DNA from: Mobula hypostoma
Lineage: Eukaryota
Direction: 5' to 3'
DNA: 64,000 nt
Assembly: GCF_963921235.1 (NCBI RefSeq)
Contig: NC_086109.1
Location: 31,870,001 to 31,934,000, forward strand
The notes beneath the pieces are model-generated. The model was not told the DNA's origin. It searched no databases and saw only the letters and a program-made list of their open reading frames with translations. Within the stretch, counting starts at the first letter, position 1. Every line of letters begins with the position of its first letter. Position numbers and translations under genes: made by a program. Shown in pieces: positions 61,060 through 64,000 of the stretch.

Positions 61060-61870
61060 AAGGCTGCAGGAGTTCCTCAAGGCAATATCCTAGGCCCTAT
61101 CATCCCCAGCTGTTTCATTAATGATCTTCGTTCTATCATAAGATCATAGATGGAGATGTTCACTGTTGCGTGTGCAATGTTTAATTCCATTTGTAATGCC
61201 TCAGAAAATGAAACAACTTACACCTACGTGAACAACGTTCAAGCTTAGGCTGATAAGTGACAATAACATTCCTGCCACAATGTCCTTCATCACAAGAAAG
61301 AGTTTAACCACCTGCACTGGACATTCAGCGGCATTATCAGTGCTAAGTACTCAAAATATCAACATCTCAGGAATCAGCATTCACTAGAAACTCACCTGGA
61401 CTAACCACCTACTCTGCCTACAAATGCCGTCAGAGGCTTGCCATTCCGTGGGAATGAACTCGCTTCATCACTGCCCTAAGCCTTTCTGTGAAGTGCAACG
61501 TGCAAGTCAGGAATGTGAGAGAATCCTCTGCATGTTCCTAGACGAATACAGTTCCAACTGTTCACAAAATTGGATACCATCTTGGGCCAATCAGCGCATC
61601 CACCGCTCTCAACATTCACTCCCTCTGTCACTGGTGAATAGCCGGCTGGTGTACGTACCATCTGCAAAGATGTGTCGCAGTTTCTCTGACAGCATTTCTG
61701 AATCTGCAGTCTCCACCAGCACAAAGGAGAATGGCACCAGGTATATAACACACGACAACTTCTCATTCACTATCCCATTCTGGCTTTTGTTGTACAGGAT
61801 ATACAAAAAATTCCTGAATCCCTGGATCATCATCAGCTTCATTGGGGCAATTAGGGATGAACTACAAAAG
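61060..61870 (+). mobile_element. Degenerate CR1/L2-group LINE RT-to-3' fragment
   Basis: gcaggagttcctcaaggcaatatcctaggccct..tgtttcattaatgatctt encodes AGVPQGNILGP..CFINDL. Confidence 0.65.
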
Positions 61871-62179
61871 ATGGTCATGATCCTAATGATGCCCAAGGTA
61901 GTGAAAAGTACTTTCCCCTGACCTTCCCCTCTCTGTGTTAAGTGATCATGTGCCAGGGCAATGAGGATTGCCGAGTGTTGCCATGCTTCCAGCACCAACA
62001 TAGCATTCCCAGAATTTACAAAGCCTAGCTGTACATTTCAGGAATGTAGGAGGAAATCGAACCCCAAACTTCCAGCTCAGCTGATGCTGTAAAACAATGT
62101 ATTAACAATTATGCAGATTCTTACAGCTTATACTTTTGGATCCTGGATGAATCTGGATCACACAAACCTTGGACCAGGA

Positions 62180-62480
62180 TTTACCCATCACCATCTTATG
62201 CCACAAGTTTATTGTGGCCGCATGTCTCCTAATGCATCATGGGCATCGCTACCACAGTTGTACACATGTAGTAGTTGTTCCTTTTCCATGCCTTGTGCTG
62301 CATCAGGCACCAACCTTGCCGTTTCTTTAGCACGTCGTCTGCTTTTTTACGAGGCCAAGTTGCTAGCTCAATGCTCAACCCAGAAGGAAGGAAAGCGTGC
62401 AAGGAGCCAGCCAGATTCAGTACCGGGACCACTCACCTCAAAGTCCCATGCAGAAGCCACTACACCACTGGCTGGCAGGA
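62180..62480 (-). mobile_element. Probable tRNA-headed SINE
   Basis: The - strand start gccagccagtggtgtagtggctt..ggactttgaggtgagtggtcccggtactgaatc resembles a tRNA A/B-box head. Confidence 0.45.
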
Positions 62481-64000
62481 GGCACAAATAGCAGCAATGT
62501 TTCAGCTAAGGATTACCCACATATTGCCTTGATAGTCTGCTGCAAATTTCATCTGTTGAAAGGTCATCGACGTTAAACTTGAATTTTGTTTCTCCCCCCA
62601 CAGATACTGCCTGACCGGCTGAGTACCATCAATATTTTCTGGTTTTGATTGAGATTTAATGTGCTGCTTTTGATATGTGATTTACTCTCCTTATATTGAT
62701 ATCCTGTTTTCTGTGAGTCAGAAATATTGGATAATTAAACTGTTAATTCCATTTTTTAAACAGAGATGCATATTAAGAGGTGCGTTCTGTCTTTCCATTA
62801 AAATGAGAAGAATAAATAACTGTTGCTCTCTTGTAGCTCTGCTTCTAGAAGTCAAACAAGTTTAAGTCAAATTAGAATTAAAAATAAGGGTCAGGAAGGT
62901 AAAACAAATATTAGCAGAAACTGATGGGAAAGAATTGTCAATAAAATAAACCGATCAATACACAGACATCGAATGTTAGCGGCTTTGAGTTTTTGTTACA
63001 ATTAATAACTCCTAATCATATCAATCATGGAGCTAAAAATCTGAGGAGGAACAGTAATTAAAATATACATACCTACAAACACTCGAGAGCAGCTTTTCCA
63101 AAAAAATTGTGCAGCCATTTGTGCAAAGAACTGTAAAATTGTGAGTGTTGAAAGCTTCTTGCTGATTAAGTACATGTTAAGCATATTGATAAGGCACATA
63201 TAATTGATAATTTTTCACATTAATCAGTCATAAATCAAGATAATTACAATGCAACTCAGTGTTAATTCAGTTCTTATTCCATATTAGTTCATCTGCATCC
63301 GTGCATTTGCTCGTTACATTCTTTTGTTGCCCTATTCCTCTCACATAAAACAATTAGCTTGTTAGTCAGTCTCTACTGCTTGCCAGAACACATCTCCCAT
63401 TTCATTAATGGACTATTACCTGGTGGAATACAGCATCTGAATAATTATATTGGTGAGACTTGTTTGCCTTCCCAGAGTAGTGAATTTAAATAGGCAAGTG
63501 CCAGTGTGGATTCAGCCCTCATTAATCAAACCAGGAGTAAGGAATATTTCACTTTGCTTCTGTAGACTTTATAGTTTAAAGGCTTCATAAAGCAAAATGT
63601 ATGCTGTTCCTCATTCATTTTAATTAAATGTGATTTATAGATTCATTATGGATTCTATTTAGAATGCAATATTTGTTTCAAATTCAGCTCAGACAACAGT
63701 TGATATACAGAGTGTATATGGTGCAGAATCTCAATGTGTATGTTTCAAATTGCAAATATGATACTGAGTCAAAATTCAATTATAACAGTCTTTGCAAGAA
63801 AATGTTTATAAACAAAATTTACTAATTTGGAGGGAATGAAAGAAATGCAAATTAAAATGAATCAACATGAAATTAAAATATGGTGAGGAATGTGTTATAA
63901 AGCCAAGGAATCTTCAAAAAAAGGCAAGGAATCTTCAACGGTTTTCGATTCGGAGCAAGAATTCTGTGAAGGAACGGTTGATTTTTCAGAGCGAAGGGAG

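Noticed and set aside
63904..63938. Direct repeat caaggaatcttcaa x2
   Set aside because: Too short and too close to the window edge to interpret.
1..64000. Prokaryotic-type systems (CRISPR arrays, operons, retrons), rRNA or true tRNA genes
   Set aside because: None seen. The sequence is vertebrate repeat-rich DNA, and the tRNA-like boxes belong to SINE heads.

Overview
This is eukaryotic, repeat-dense vertebrate DNA. The mix of CR1, Rex-Babar, RTE, Neptune-type Penelope elements and V/HE1-like SINEs suggests a cartilaginous fish such as a ray or shark (inference). I found no host protein-coding exon, so the window is probably intergenic or deep intronic, with several AT-rich non-repeat blocks that might be conserved enhancers. 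Most long ORFs belong to transposable elements, many of them nested. The centrepiece (42600-51225) is a three-level nest: an old CR1 (+) contains a young 5'-truncated CR1 (-), which contains a Neptune-type Penelope-like element (45678-49082, perfect 15-bp TSD). That element has an open ~880-codon RT/Zn-finger/GIY-YIG frame with the RT motif changed to YIDN, a 332-bp inverted duplication of its 3' end, and a minimal hammerhead ribozyme. The same ribozyme-bearing 3' end recurs as short solo copies and as palindromic mini-elements. This is the best candidate for an under-described system, although Penelope hammerheads as such are known. Also present: a Tigger/pogo element with a long internal palindrome, a Tc1 element with four nested insertions, two solo LTRs, a full-length degenerate CR1 with ~88-bp 5' monomers, and a three-copy ~0.65-kb non-coding retroposon. 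Boundaries without a stated TSD or TIR are approximate.
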